NCBI GenBank assembly: GCA_030390025.1
Contig: JASTWF010000326.1
Coordinates: forward strand, 248,001 to 312,000
Direction of reading: 5' to 3'
Length of the DNA: 64,000 nt
DNA from: Squalus acanthias
Lineage: Eukaryota
Every line of letters begins with the position of its first letter. Within the stretch, counting starts at the first letter, position 1. Positions 1 to 12,749 of this stretch are shown piece by piece. The position numbers were made by a program, and so were the translations under genes. The notes beneath the pieces are model-generated. The model was given only the letters and a program-made list of their open reading frames with translations, ran no database searches and was not told the origin of the DNA.

Positions 1-65
1 ATGGCGGAGTAGGCTCGAAGGGCCAAATGGCTGACTCCTGCTCCTATTTCTTATGTTCTTATGTA
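1..65 (+). mobile_element. CR1 LINE 3' tail (truncated by window edge)
   Basis: ggctcgaagggccaaatggctgactcctgctcctatttcttatgttcttatg matches the 3' UTR/tail of other CR1 copies here (e.g. 22970-23042). Confidence 0.8.
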
Positions 66-3000
66 ACTGGCATATATAATACATCAAGTTGTAAATATCA
101 TCTCTTTTTTTAAGTTTGGCTCCTAAGCCCACAGAAGTGGCATCAGCATAGATCTTTTTGTCTATTCATATCAATTTAAATCACTGTGACGAGATAGCGA
201 TTGCTTGATCTTAAGTAAGATATTATGCTCATCTTCCACTTGAAGATGCAACCTTTCATTGTTAGTGCTTCCAATGGTTCTATAACTGAAGACAAGGAGC
301 ATAAAATGGGAACAAGAAGTAACCATATCTAAACGATTGTAGACTACTTATGCATTACTTGATGTTCTGACATTGTGGATTGCATTGACTTTAAGTGAAT
401 GGGCAAAACTGTGGCAAATGAATTTCAATGTAAGCAAATGTGAGGTCATCCACTTTAGACCTAAAAAGGATAGAACAGGGTACATTCTAAATGATGAAAA
501 GCTAAAAACAGTGGAGGTCCAAAGAGACTTGGAGGTCCAAGTACATAGACCATTAAAATGTCATGAACAAAATAATCAAAAAGGCTAATGGAATGCTGGC
601 CTTTATATCTAGAGGACTAGAATACAAGGGGGTATAAGTTATGCTGCAGCTATACAAAGCTCTGGTTAGACCACACCTGGAATACTGTGAGCAGTTCTGG
701 GCACCACAGCTTAGGAAGGATATATTGGCTATGGCAGGAGTGCAGCGTAGGTTTACCAGAATTATACCTGGATTTAAGGGTTAAATTATGAGGAGAGATT
801 ACACAAACTACGGTCATATTCCCTGGAATTTCGAAGGTTAAGGGGTGATTTGATCGAAGTTTTCAAGATATTAAAGGGAACAGATAGGGTAGATAGAGAG
901 AAACTAGTTCCGCTGGTTGGGGATTCTCTGACTACGGGGCATAGTCTAAAAATTAGAGCCAGACCTTTCAGGAGTGAAATTAGGAAACACTTCTACACAC
1001 AAAGTGTGGTAGAAGTTAGGAACTCTCTTCCGCAAACAACAATTGATGTTAGATCAATTGTTAATTTTAAATCTGAAATTGATAAGTTTTTGTTAACCAA
1101 AGGTATTAAGGGATATGGGGCAAAGGCGGGTATATGGAGTTATGTTGCAGATCAGCCATGATCTCATTGAATGGCGGAACAGGCTCGAGGGGATAAATGG
1201 CCTACTGCTCCCATGTTCCTATGACCTTTTCCTTACTTTGTGAAGCCTAGACCAAAATGTTCTAGATGTCGCTTACCAAATTCACACTTCTTGTGTGCGA
1301 GTATAAGACCATTTTCTTGTAGTCTATTATCAAGGCACGTACTCTACTTGATTGGATTAATGTATCACAATAACATTACTTATGTTGGAGACTCCTGGAA
1401 TTCTTTCAATAACTTGTCAGACATTACTTTAAAATACTCCTACTGCTGAAGATATACCAAAAGTTAGCTTTTTGTATTGCTTCAGATCAACATGTGTTCC
1501 AAATATTTTAATATAGTGGCTCTTCTCATGGAGTTCTTGCTTGTGATACCAGATTTAAAGTCCAGCTTCAAGAAAACACCCGACTAGTTTTGTTCTGCAA
1601 CAATCTCATTCCCGGTGGGAAAGAGAGAAGTGTCATATTATTCACATTTACTTACTTTGTTTGTTCTAGGCATATTAACACAGTCATATTAAGATTACTG
1701 GGTATGGGGCCAATTACTAGAAGCAAGATCCAAGAGGAGGCACCACCTGCATCTTAAATTATACCACGATATTCCAACTCTTATCTTTGTCATAAGTCAT
1801 TTGCTAACTTACAATGACTGAGCAACAAAAGCTATCAATGTGCCTGCATGCTCTTCAGCTTGACTATACCATAAAATATGACTGAATACACTGCAAATAA
1901 CAACAATATTGGTACATTGATGCCACATAATGCTGAAGGTAGAATAATGAGGTAGTGGTGCTTGAGCTACACATAGGCCAAATAGAACACGTAGCTGAGG
2001 CTACTTGCTTGCTGAACTCAATGCAAGCAGTAAATTTACTAAGTACTGGAAAAGTACTACTTTGTACCAAGTGGAAATAACTGGATATGCGTGCGGTGCA
2101 GCTTCACTCAAGCATCAGAACCAGCAACAATAGTTGTTGCATTTATTGATGCTATTCTGTGGACAACTGGAATGAACAATGATTGAATCCCTTGAAAATA
2201 TACTGTTATTGTTGGCTCGTTGCTGATTGATGGTGTGCTGTTGAAATGACGCCTTCAGAGCTGCATACAGTAGGTTTCCGTGACTTGTTGCACATTGTGC
2301 TGTTTTGACTGGCTATATTTTTACAGAAACATATCTGGGCCACCGTGTTTCATCAAATGTTTTTGTAGACGTCCATGGTTGGATGACTTGACACCACCAG
2401 GAGAAGGGATTTTATTTTTTGCACGTGACATTCTTCCAGTGCGCTCCTTCTCCAGGGCTCAGTCGTGCATAATTCTGGACAGATATTGTTCCATAATTTG
2501 TATATTGATTTGCCAAACTATAAAATTATACCCACAGATTCATATTTGTGATCTGCAGCCCATCAAAATATGATTCATGCATATACTGTATTTTTCTTGG
2601 GAATGAAATCAATTTGGACTGCAACTATATTCTGAAAAATTTCTAGTATCAGACATCATGTCGAGTATTTCTTGTAAATATTCTTTGCATAATGCAAAAG
2701 CAAACCTTTCACCTAGCCTTGGCAATATCAAGTGACCACAGCATAAACATTTCACCCATTTTTCGCATCTTGAAGGGATTGAATTAGAGTTATTATGCAC
2801 GTCAAACAGGGATATATGAGGCAATCCGAAAGCCATATTACTAGAATATGGTTAGTTAGACAGATATGGATATGTGGGATATATCAAATCTATGGTTATT
2901 GACTCACTTAGCCTACAGCTAAGTGAAGGCTGCATAATATTACAGAAGTAAATCATATACCTCCTGAACTTTTCTGAAATTAATTTTCTTGAAAGCACAC
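66..3000 (-). mobile_element. Decayed Ty3/Gypsy (K02A2.6/Mag-like) gag-pol internal region, split by a CR1 at 391-1224
   Basis: Manual minus-strand translation of ~1620-1225: PTGNEIVAE..VFLKLDFKSG/YHKQELHEKSHYIKIFGTHVDLKQYKKLTFGISSAVGVF..IPGVSNISNVIVI..RLQENGLILAHKKCEFGKRHLEHFG (Gypsy RT). 390-66 gives KVNAIHNVRT..IEPLEALTMKGCIFKW..DATSVGLGAKL (connection/RNase H start). Many stops and frameshifts; the gag-side boundary is approximate. Confidence 0.75.
391..1224 (+). mobile_element. CR1 LINE, 5'-truncated (RT C-terminus + 3' UTR)
   Basis: ORF fragments LSEWAKLWQMNFNVSKCEVIHF and IEVFKILKG..FYTQSVV..; tail gttcctatg. Confidence 0.92.
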
Positions 3001-4854
3001 ACATCGCCCAATATATCATGTTTGTCTTTCTAAAAAGATTATTTATTTGCAAGAATATATCTTGATTCTTAGAGATTACCTGATGCCAGCATGGGTACTA
3101 CTCAACAAAAACAACATTTAATGGGCTCTTGCTTCATAACAAATGCACAGTAGGAAAAAATGCCTCAGTTATTCTTGCTTTTCTAAAAAAAAATCCTTGG
3201 GGTATGGGCGTCACTAGCAAGGCCAGCATTTATTCCATCCCATGCTAAACCAATGTATACCTATATAGTTATGTGACAACTGCTGAGGGTGATAGAAGCA
3301 AATCAATTTGTTATGCCATTGTACTAAATTGTGCCTTCAGCTCAATGATGTGCTAAGTAGGGTTTTTTTTTAAGAATCTATTTATGGAGCAAGGGAGATC
3401 AAAAATCAGAAAAGAAATTAAAATCCTTTCTTGTTTGACAATTTTCTGTCTGGGCAAGAACACCATTGTGTGGTCCATCTGGAAATGCTCATTAATCATA
3501 TCTGAAAATCAGTTAAGTTTCCTGCCACCTGGTGCCTTTAAATTTTATAATCTCTCTGCAGCTCAGATAACTCAGTGAAAGGTGTCTTGCTCTTTAATTA
3601 TATTGTACTTGTCGATTCAGACCTTTTATACTTTGCCACCATTCACTGAGACACCAAATTTGATTTTTCAATAAGCAAACAAAAAGTAATATGGCTGCTT
3701 TAATCTCTGAACTACATGTACCTGAAGCTCAGCATTACTTCTGGGTTTTACTGGATAGAAGCAGAAGGTAGGAGGGATGGGAAAAAAAGGACCTTCTTGT
3801 TGTAACATAACAGCATGGAGGTAAATTATTATTTTTTAAATGATGAAATCTATCCAAAAAATAAAACCGATAAGATCAGTTAATACAATACTAGAGGTTT
3901 AAAAGACAAACTTAAGCCCAAATTAAAGGATATTTCTCATTTTATGAAATATATTTGATGTAGTGACAAGTGTTGATAATGCTGAACTTATATTTGTAAT
4001 TACAAACATCCAAAGTCAATGTGTGTCATGACTAGGTTGCTAAATTAGCCATTTAAATATTATAAATCGTACAACTTTTAGTTGCTACCCACTGTATTCA
4101 ACAATTGCAAAAAAAGGATTTGGGCTGACAAGACATCTAACTGATGTTGGTGCAATGTTTTTCAATGAGTAATGTCATGGGCAATGAAATGATAAAACAT
4201 CTTTTCACAATAGATTGTTTCAAGTCTAAATCCAGCTCAAGAGTATGGAAAAACAATTACTGAGGGAACTCTGAACTAGGCAGCAGTTTGTTAAAGCAAA
4301 CCTCAAGTCAACGAGGTTCAATCATTCAAAAGGACAATTCAGCTTTCCTTTGCAAATAACACAATTGAAAGAACCAACTTGAATCCCACCCTTTGAACAA
4401 ATTCTTGGGTGCACAAGTAATACGAACTTGCCCGCCACTATAAAGTGACAGTGGTGGAGCCTTTCGCTGCCAAAAACACATGGCCACCAGCTGCCTGCTT
4501 GCTGCACGCCCATTCTCACAGCTATCTTTGGGACACTTCCCCTGCACTTCAGTTCTGCTACACAACACTACAAAAATGACCACATAAAAATGTTCATTGC
4601 AAATCACCTTTTTTTCTTTTGATTATCATAACCATGGTTTCATTTCTCCAGTTTGTAAAATTGCCTGTAGTATCAATGGAATGGTTTGATCAGTGATGGT
4701 CAGGGCAGGGGGTAGATAGAGAACTATAAATAAGGACAAAAGACACTTTAGCAGCCCTGCACTAGAAGATACATTTTGTGAAATTCTACCAGGGTGCAGA
4801 GACTCAATGATGTCAGGTGTGTAAAATTAGGCATGTGATTCCCTGGGCAATCAA

Positions 4855-5120
4855 AGAACTTGCATTTATATAATACATTTTGCATCCTGAAGATGTACCA
4901 ATGCCAATTAATTACTTCTGAAGTGCAAAAAATGGATCAGCAAAAGTATGCACAGCAAGGTTCACAAAAATCACAAGATAAATAAATAGTTAATCCAATT
5001 TGATGGAGTTGGTGGAGCTGTAAATGTTGACTCGGAAACCAGGAGATTTCCTCTGCCTTTCTTCAAACTGTACCATGGAATCCTTTCAGTAAACCTGAAC
5101 AGGCAGGCAGGACCTCAATG
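4855..5120 (-). mobile_element. Decayed Deu-domain SINE (SacSINE1-like) fragment
   Basis: aacttgcatttatataatacattttg..tcctgaagatgt..gcacagcaaggttcacaaa aligns by eye with the 26505-26935 copy. Confidence 0.55.
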
Positions 5121-6159
5121 GCTGTTTCCCCCAAGGCCTACCGCAACTATCCACATGGCAGTCCTATGAAGCAATGCTAAGTGGGTGAAGGAAATTATCG
5201 CTACTTGCATGCAGCACGTGGTGAAGGAGTGGCCAGCAAAAGACCTGGCATGGCCAAGCGAAGAAAATTAGTCAGGGCAGTAGGCCTCACTGTCCATATT
5301 TTCCACCATTCTCTGCCATGATTTTGCCCAACTTTGCCAATGTGCACAAAATGGCAATGGTTATGTACAGAGCTTCAGAAAAATACCTCCCAGAGAGTGC
5401 AGGAGTTCCCAACTTGGGTTTGTGCTATGCTTGAGGAGTCACAAGAATTGTGCGCAAAAATGAGCAGCACGCCTATCTTCACCTTCCTCCGAATATTAGC
5501 AAACTTTCTCATTTGCAGCCAGAAATAAGGAATGAGTGACTAAAGTGACTTGATCAGTGAGCTCACGCCATGCAGCTTGCACATGTGGTTTCATTAGAGG
5601 ATGGCCTTCAGCTCAAATAAGCCTGCAATGACAGGTTTCTTCAGGCATGTCCAGGTAACAGATGCTGGCCCTGTCTGCACATGCATCAACATGAATGTCC
5701 AAATAATGATGTATCCGAAGAGAGTATGCAAGGTGCAATCTCACCTGTCTGGCATGCCAGTGATCATCATCTGCCTCCTCCATTGTCTGAAAATACATAG
5801 GTACGCCCAAAGGAATACTCACATCTGAAAGATAATGAGCTCCCTAACAACTACAGCTGTAAAGTGACAAAAATGCATTATAGCTGTAATTAGCTATTAG
5901 AAGGCTCCAACAAATTTCAATAACTTTTTGTGTAATAAGACCAAAACAAAATTATTTGCTAAGGGATTCAGAAATGCTCGGTGAAAAAATGAATTATTTT
6001 GTCTGTGATACATTATGGTACTTTTTTTTTAAAACATGGTACTGATGGGAATAAAAACCAAGTTCACTCACAGGAAATGGCCCAACTTGTTTTGATTCAC
6101 AAAGTCTCAGAATATAGGCATTACAGCATTGACTTTCCCATAGATATTTCAAGTATTTG

Positions 6160-6452
6160 CAGCACAGAAACTGGTCATTCAGTCCAACAGGTCTTTGCCG
6201 GTGTTTATGCTCTACACGAGTCTCCTCCCACCCTTCTTCAAAGAACCCCGTCAACATATCCTTCTATTCCTTTCTCCCTCGTGCTTATCTAGCTTCCCCT
6301 TAAATGTATCTATGCTAGTCGCCAGAACGACTCCTTGTGGCAGCAAGTTCCACATTCGAACCACTCTCTTGGTAACGAAGTTCCTTTTGAATTCCCGAGT
6401 GGATTTATTCATGACTACCTTATATTTATGGCCCCTAGTTCTGGTGTCTCCG
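6160..6452 (-). mobile_element. CR1 LINE 3' fragment
   Basis: ORF 6251-6472: TRTRGHKYK..RNFVTKRVVRMWNLLP..FKGKLDK. Confidence 0.85.
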
Positions 6453-6574
6453 CCTGACACCCCATTTAACACAACTGGATTGCTGATGTTAAAATAATGC
6501 CCATCAGAAAATCTGAGCTAATACCCACACTATGCAGGTCAGAAGACAAACCATTAAATTAAAATACAAGCATC

Positions 6575-7003
6575 TTTGACTCCGTTGGTAGCACTCTCAC
6601 CTCTGAGTCAGGTCATGAGTTCAAGCCCCAATCCAGGACTTCAGCACATCATTTTGGATGACATGCCTGTGCAGTACTGAGCGAGTGTTGTATTGTTGGA
6701 GGTGCTGTCTTTCACTCGAGAGGTTAAACAGAAGCCACATCTGCCTGATAAGGTGGACATGAAATATTTCATGGCACTACTCGAAGAGCAGCGAGTTTGC
6801 CGGCAAACATTCCTCAGACTCAACCACCACCACCAAAAACAGCTTAACCTAATAATTTAGCCCATCTGCACTTTGTGGGGCTCTATTGTACCCAAATTGT
6901 ATGCTGTGTTTGCTTATGTAACAACAATAACGCCGAACTTCCTTTGGTATGAAGGCTTTGAGATATCCTGAGGATGTGATAAGGCATTAAATAAATGTTC
7001 TTT
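6575..7003 (+). mobile_element. tRNA-derived Deu-domain SINE (SacSINE1/AmnSINE1-related)
   Basis: Head ttggtagcactctcacctctgagtca..gttcaagccc (A/B-box-like), central gtgcagtactgag..ggaggtgctgtcttt, L2-like tail gctttgagatatcctgagg..ataaatg. Confidence 0.75.
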
Positions 7004-8439
7004 TGTAATTATGACTATTGATACTTTGCAGCTCTTTGAGTTTGAGAGATGCACATTTAAATTGTGTGTGTCTTGGTCAAATTTTGAAGTATTCCAAGCT
7101 TGTCTTGTTCAAATGGCTAATCTTTCTGATAAATAGGAGAAAGGGACATTCAGTGAATAAATCAGCAAAAAACCAAGGTTAATATTTAGGCATTTTGTAT
7201 CTAATCCAGTTTACACTGCAGTTTAGCACCGCAGATGCAACTGTTATTTTTCTATCTGCCAAGGATGGTTAGTTAAGCCTGCAATAACTGCAGCTCTACA
7301 GTGTGGCATTGTTATTGTTCACTTATCCATTTGCTGTTTAATAAATCTGTTAGGCAGTTTGTAGTCTACGTCAAAGCCCTAGTGAAGTGTTTATCCTACC
7401 ACCATCTGAAATCAAGGAAGAAGGTCACTTGAAGGCATGCAACATAACCAGTGAACTTAAATAGAAGGGCTTTCTGTTTGATCCCTGGGCATGCTTCTCT
7501 CTCTATATACACACAAAATATCCACACACAAAATATATATCTGTATCACTTCGTACTGTATGTTATCAAATTTGCACACCAAGCCTCAAAGTTTCTTCAT
7601 TAAGCTGAAGGCAAAAGTCCAGGTGGCTAGTGGAAGGATCTACACCGGAAAGTGCCAGCCTCCTTGATATTTTATAGTGCTGCATAACAGGCTTACTGAT
7701 TTGCCAACTGCTTAATCCAGGGCATTGGGGTCCTTTTAACTTTTGGTGATGTAAAATAGACGATATTGGATTGACTTAAATGGAAAGGAAAATTGGGGAG
7801 GAATGTATATTAGGTAGTTGATCCGATATCGCCAAACGTTAAAAATTACCCCATTGTGTGAGCAACTTTGGCACAGAAAATGGCCACTGCAAGGCTGAGT
7901 GTGTGTCCAGGCTACTGTGTGACATGCCAGTGTAAATGGAAGCACCCCGCTCCCTGCAACCATTTCCCCCTCCCCCACCCCCTTGTCATAAACCGTAATC
8001 ATGTCATACAAAAGGCAGCAACTGATCTAGTTATATATAATGTTGGATTATACATTCGATAGGCATTCTCAGAGGCAACTGTTCACCCATGCAACATTCA
8101 TAGCTGAGATAGAAGCAATGCTGATTTCTCAATATTGGAGGAAATTGCAAAGTGCTACTTTTAAAGCATTACACTTCTCATGTTGACCAGATGCATGCAC
8201 AGTGCAATATATAATTCACATTGACCATATACAGACCTGAGATTTATCCAAAAAAACTAATAGCATGAAAGAGATGGAGAAATCTGTAAATGGCGTGCAA
8301 ATTACTACAAACTTTAATGTCAATCCAAAGCAGTCTGAGAAAATTGCCATACTGAGCTTTCTGATAATAGTCTGTCACAGTCGACATTCATATTTTTTAT
8401 TTCTTTCTAGAGATTGTTCATAACAGTCACTTCTATTGT

Positions 8440-8910
8440 GGACACTCCTGGTAGTGATGGGGTCAACCATTTTATAGTCAAAAGACTCATGCAGCCAGGA
8501 TAAAGGGTAAAGACAAGCCAGCAGACTAATTCTCTCTTCCACATCTCTTTATAATGGCTCACCTCAGCAATTGCATACAAGGGCCACCGAGAAGCAGAAT
8601 TACCTGACTATTTGACCAGCATTTTCTGGAAAGCCACCTCCTGAATACTGCTATTCTGAACCAAACTTGGGCAGATTGTGGGGTTTTAATAAAAGATTCA
8701 TGAAAATAAGGAAGGTGATTGTCCCACTTGGTGATTTACTCCCTCGAAAAACAAGGTGGGGCTGTCAATGCAGATTATCTTGGCTACAATTCCAGCAGGT
8801 GCAAGGTGTTCAAAGAGAACCAGCTGCAGCTTCCCTTCCCTATTTCAGAAGATCATATCTTTCTGATTCAGATAGCAGCCTAGATACACAGATGGCTCTA
8901 CAATATAATT
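8440..8910 (+). mobile_element. Possible very decayed DIRS/Ngaro-like retroelement remnant
   Basis: Frame reading ..KVFKENQLQLPFPISEDHIFLIQIAA*IHRWLYN weakly recalls the N-terminus of DIRS tyrosine recombinases; heavily mutated. Confidence 0.2.
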
Positions 8911-8949
8911 GGCAGAATCTGCTAAAAGCAAGTAAAACAAAAGCCGATA

Positions 8950-9610
8950 GGTTAGCAGCTGAACTCAGGTGGGATCCAGGGAGGATGAGGAAGGGTGGTG
9001 GGGGGAGCATGGGGAAGAAATGGATGACAATATGATAGATATGGATAGTATTAAAAAAGTAGGCTATAGATGGCAATGAAAGGGGAATGAAGGGAAACAG
9101 GTAGCATTCAAAGTGATGCAATGGAAGGGCAAAGAGGTATTTGCTGGGAGTGGCATTTTGGTGTGGATGGGAAAGAAAATGCTAACACTGAGGGGGAGTG
9201 GGATGAGAGAATACTAGCATGGTCTGGGGTTGGGGGTGGAGAAAGAGAGGGAGAGGAAGAATATTGCCAGCCAGTACAGAGGAGCAGATGAGTTGGAGCT
9301 TGACCTGCAATGGAAGGGGAGAAGAGTGCCAGGATGAATGGGGGTGGGGGGGGCAGGGGGGGAGGGGGGAAAAGAGTGCAAAGAGGATCTGGTTGAATTG
9401 TCAGAAGAGAGGAAAATACCATTAAGAACTGGGAAGGTTGGAGCAGGAATTTGCATCTTTCTGAAAGGTAAGGATTTGTATGGAGTACAGAGTCTTTAAA
9501 CTAGGACTGGACTAGTAGAGTGCCTCTGTAAACAGGATCAAGGGTGTTTTATGTGGGAGAGTGACTGCCGGGGTGATGTTTGGGGAAGTGCTGGTCTGAG
9601 TGATCTGTTG
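8950..9610 (-). mobile_element. Old L2-like LINE fragment, purine-rich on + strand
   Basis: GA-rich + strand, the reverse-complement composition of the L2 at 55850-57485; includes G-tracts at 9341-9369. Confidence 0.4.
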
Positions 9611-10767
9611 GAAATCCAAAAGTCACTTTTTTCCTTTTTAAAAAAAAAAATACAAAAAAAACGCTTGCGAAATTAAGCGCCAGTTTAAATATTGAAATTC
9701 AAAATTTCCCAGAAGCACATGTCCAAGACCCTCCCTGCAATTTTGGGTCTTCAAAATTTGTATTTCCTGCTTCAGCCTTCATGTAGTTATATGTCCTCCT
9801 CCTGCCCCCACCCCCCTTTCAATGCAAGTAAAAGATTGTTATGCATACATGTGTCTTAAATTACAAAGCCCAGTAACGACTTGATTACATGTGTCATAGG
9901 CTTGTAATTAGGGCCATTCTTGAAGCATCAGCTTTCGCAGGCTGTGTCAGCTTTTGCAAGTGTTTTAGGTTGGCATTTATGATTTTGTCAAAGGCTCTTG
10001 TAATGAACTCATCAGGTTTCAACAGTGTTGGGGCAGCACACAATGAAAGATTTTTCCAATAAAGATCCTTTGCAAACTCATCCAACTGTATTAACTGAAC
10101 ATTCCTAGAAATAGATAGCAAGGTTGTGAAGAATACAGCATGCTGGAAAAATAGATAAAATTTCACAACTACATTTTGCAGTCCCTCCACCCTAAGCATC
10201 CAAATTGCACCTGTTCTCTGCTAAATTTTGAGTAACAATGAATTTTATTGCATCTTTTCTCAGTTTCAATTTGAAGTTAAGCCAGAGTAGTGTGTGCTTC
10301 AAGTTGCTAGACAATATCCAAAAGCAAAGCTGAGACAATGAACAGATCATTTAACAACCATGCTCCTTAAATATTCTAAGCCTAGAAGAATATACTGAGG
10401 GTTAGATGAAGAGTGGGAGGAGGCCCATATGGAGCACAAACACTGACCAGTTGGGTCGAATGGCCGGTTTCTGTGCTGTAAACTCTATGTAACTATATAT
10501 TTAACTATATATTTATACCACCAAGCACCCATCCCAAAACTGCCAAGTAGTAATATCACCAAGTTTAAGTGACACTGCAAAATAAATTGTACTGAAATAT
10601 ACAGGCCAAGTGATTAGACAAGGCAGGCAGGAACAACAATGGTGATCAGACCACATCCATGTTCGTGCAATGATGGGTTGAGATAGTGGCCAATATGGTG
10701 CATGCTCTAATATTTCTGTAAAACCAGACTGCCGAATGTAATGTTGCTGACATTTTTTTTTTTAAAT

Positions 10768-11124
10768 GTGTGGACGTCGCTGGCAAGGCCGGCATTTTAG
10801 CCCATCCCTAATTACGCTCGAGAAGGTAGTGGTGAGCCACTGCAGTCCGTGTGGTGAAGTGTAGTGGTTTGGTACAACTGAGTGGCTTGCTAGGCCATTT
10901 CAAAGTCAACCACATTACGGCAGATTTCCTTCCCTAAAAAGGACAATAGTGAACCAGTTGGGTTTTTCAGACAATCTGGTAGTTTCATGGTCACCATTAC
11001 TAATAGTAGCTTTTTAATTCCAGATTTATTTAATTAACTGAATTTAAATACCCCCAGCTGCGTCTCTGGCCCAGGCCCCTGGATTACTAGCCCAGTGACA
11101 TTACCACTATGCTACCGTACCCCA
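10768..11124 (-). mobile_element. SINE-like internally deleted derivative of the 12750-13980 LINE family (tRNA-like head + LINE 3' tail)
   Basis: Reverse complement of 10768-10858 matches the LINE 3' end 13891-13980; head ggtagcatagtggtaatgtcactgggctagtaatccag. Confidence 0.75.
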
Positions 11125-11459
11125 TGGGAAAACAAGTACCCTCTCTCCAGGAAACTACAGCTGTTATCTAGATGACATACCAACTTATGAATGTTAGCAT
11201 GAATGCTGCAATTACTAACCTAATTGTTTGGATGGGCGAACGTAGTGGATACGTGTAGCATTGCAGTCACATTGATTTAGTACCTTCTACTAATGCCCTA
11301 AATCTGGCTACATTTTCTGACGCAGCTCCAAGACACACTGTTCAGACATCTGGTAACTCCTGGTCATCACTTGGATCTCATTTTAGATAAGGAAGTGATT
11401 TTGGGAGCAGAGTATCCTCTCCTAAGCAGCTCAAAAAATCTATTGGTGGGAAGGTTAAA

Positions 11460-11977
11460 GGGGCAATTTTAACCCTAACCACATGGCAAAAATCGCCCGG
11501 ATGATATGCCAGCTGAAGTACTGCACAGATCAGGTGGTCGTCAATTTTAACATTCTCTTTCGAGCAGGTGGCAAGGACACCACGAGATCCTTCTTTAAGT
11601 ATGCAGATCTGGGTCCAATGAAGTCATCAAGCCCAGACCGTAATTTTAACTGTAGCCCGAGTGAGGAAGCTGCTTTGGCTTTTCTGCCATCCGAAGGTCA
11701 TTAAAGGTCATTAAAAAAAAAACTCTTTATCTATGATTCTAGGAAGAGCAGGAGTGCTCCTTCATGCCCACAAGGAATGTTTAGGCCTCCCCTCCCCACC
11801 TCACTCCCGCCAGACCATCCCAAAACCTTCCTCGGATGCCGACCGGCAGCCTCCTGCCATCCGAAATTTAGCTCCTCCTGTGGGCCAGTTGCTGCTTCCC
11901 ACCCGTTTCAGACGGGCAGTTTGCGGCATTACCTGCCCCTCACACTGACCCAAAACCCACTCCAGGTTATCAGGGCC
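11460..11977. mobile_element. Harbinger-like non-autonomous DNA element (MITE)
   Basis: Begins ggggcaattttaaccc like other GGG..ATTTT-terminated elements here; GC-rich body; right TIR degenerate. Confidence 0.45.
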
Positions 11978-12749
11978 TAAGTGTACAGAAGAACTGCTTA
12001 ATATTAGTTCAACGTGACAATTTTTATTTTTTAAATGTCACTTTTCTAACTATCTCTCTGATCCGTTGCTGCTCTATTTCTTCCATGCCCTCATTCTTTG
12101 TCTATTTGTTTGTTTCCAATTCTTTCTTTCTCTTGTCATACATGTTTCTCATGATGGTGTCTATATTTATCTCTGATCCAGTTGCTTATTTTTTCTGCAA
12201 GTCTCTCTGCCCCTCTATCCTTCTATTGCTTGCGAGGCGGTTAAACAGTGACAGACTGCTTGGGCCGGTTTCCATGTTGTAACTTTTATGTATTTCTATT
12301 CCCTATCTCATCTGTATGTTTCCCAATCTCCCAGTTTGTCTCTCATTTGCGTTATTTCATGGCAGGATTGAGAGCCCATGGAGGGGAAAGAACACAGAGC
12401 AATTGTGAAGCAGAATAGGGAAAGCAAACGCTGAGCCAGTATTAGAAACTGAATGCTGACCATATTCAGTTGAAAGATTACTCCCATTAAGTCTGAGTAA
12501 AATTACAATTGTACAGGAGCGCAAATTAGCTTTTTTTTTGTAGTGCTATAGATTCATCAATTCTAATCAGAAAAAATCCCCCATTTTTAAACTTTTGACA
12601 TCATGAACCTTTCAGCAGTTATGTTTTCATAGCGCATTCAATTCAGAATTTGTTGGCAAGTTAGCAATTAAAGCAATCATTCTCTGTTGTCAGAAATTGG
12701 GTGAATGCATTGGAAGGCACAGACATTTTGACATTCTTGCCATTAGGTC

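Noticed and set aside
9341..9369. G-quadruplex-capable tract
   Set aside because: Low-complexity run in decayed repeat DNA; similar runs at 29204-29221 and 36289-36307; no functional evidence
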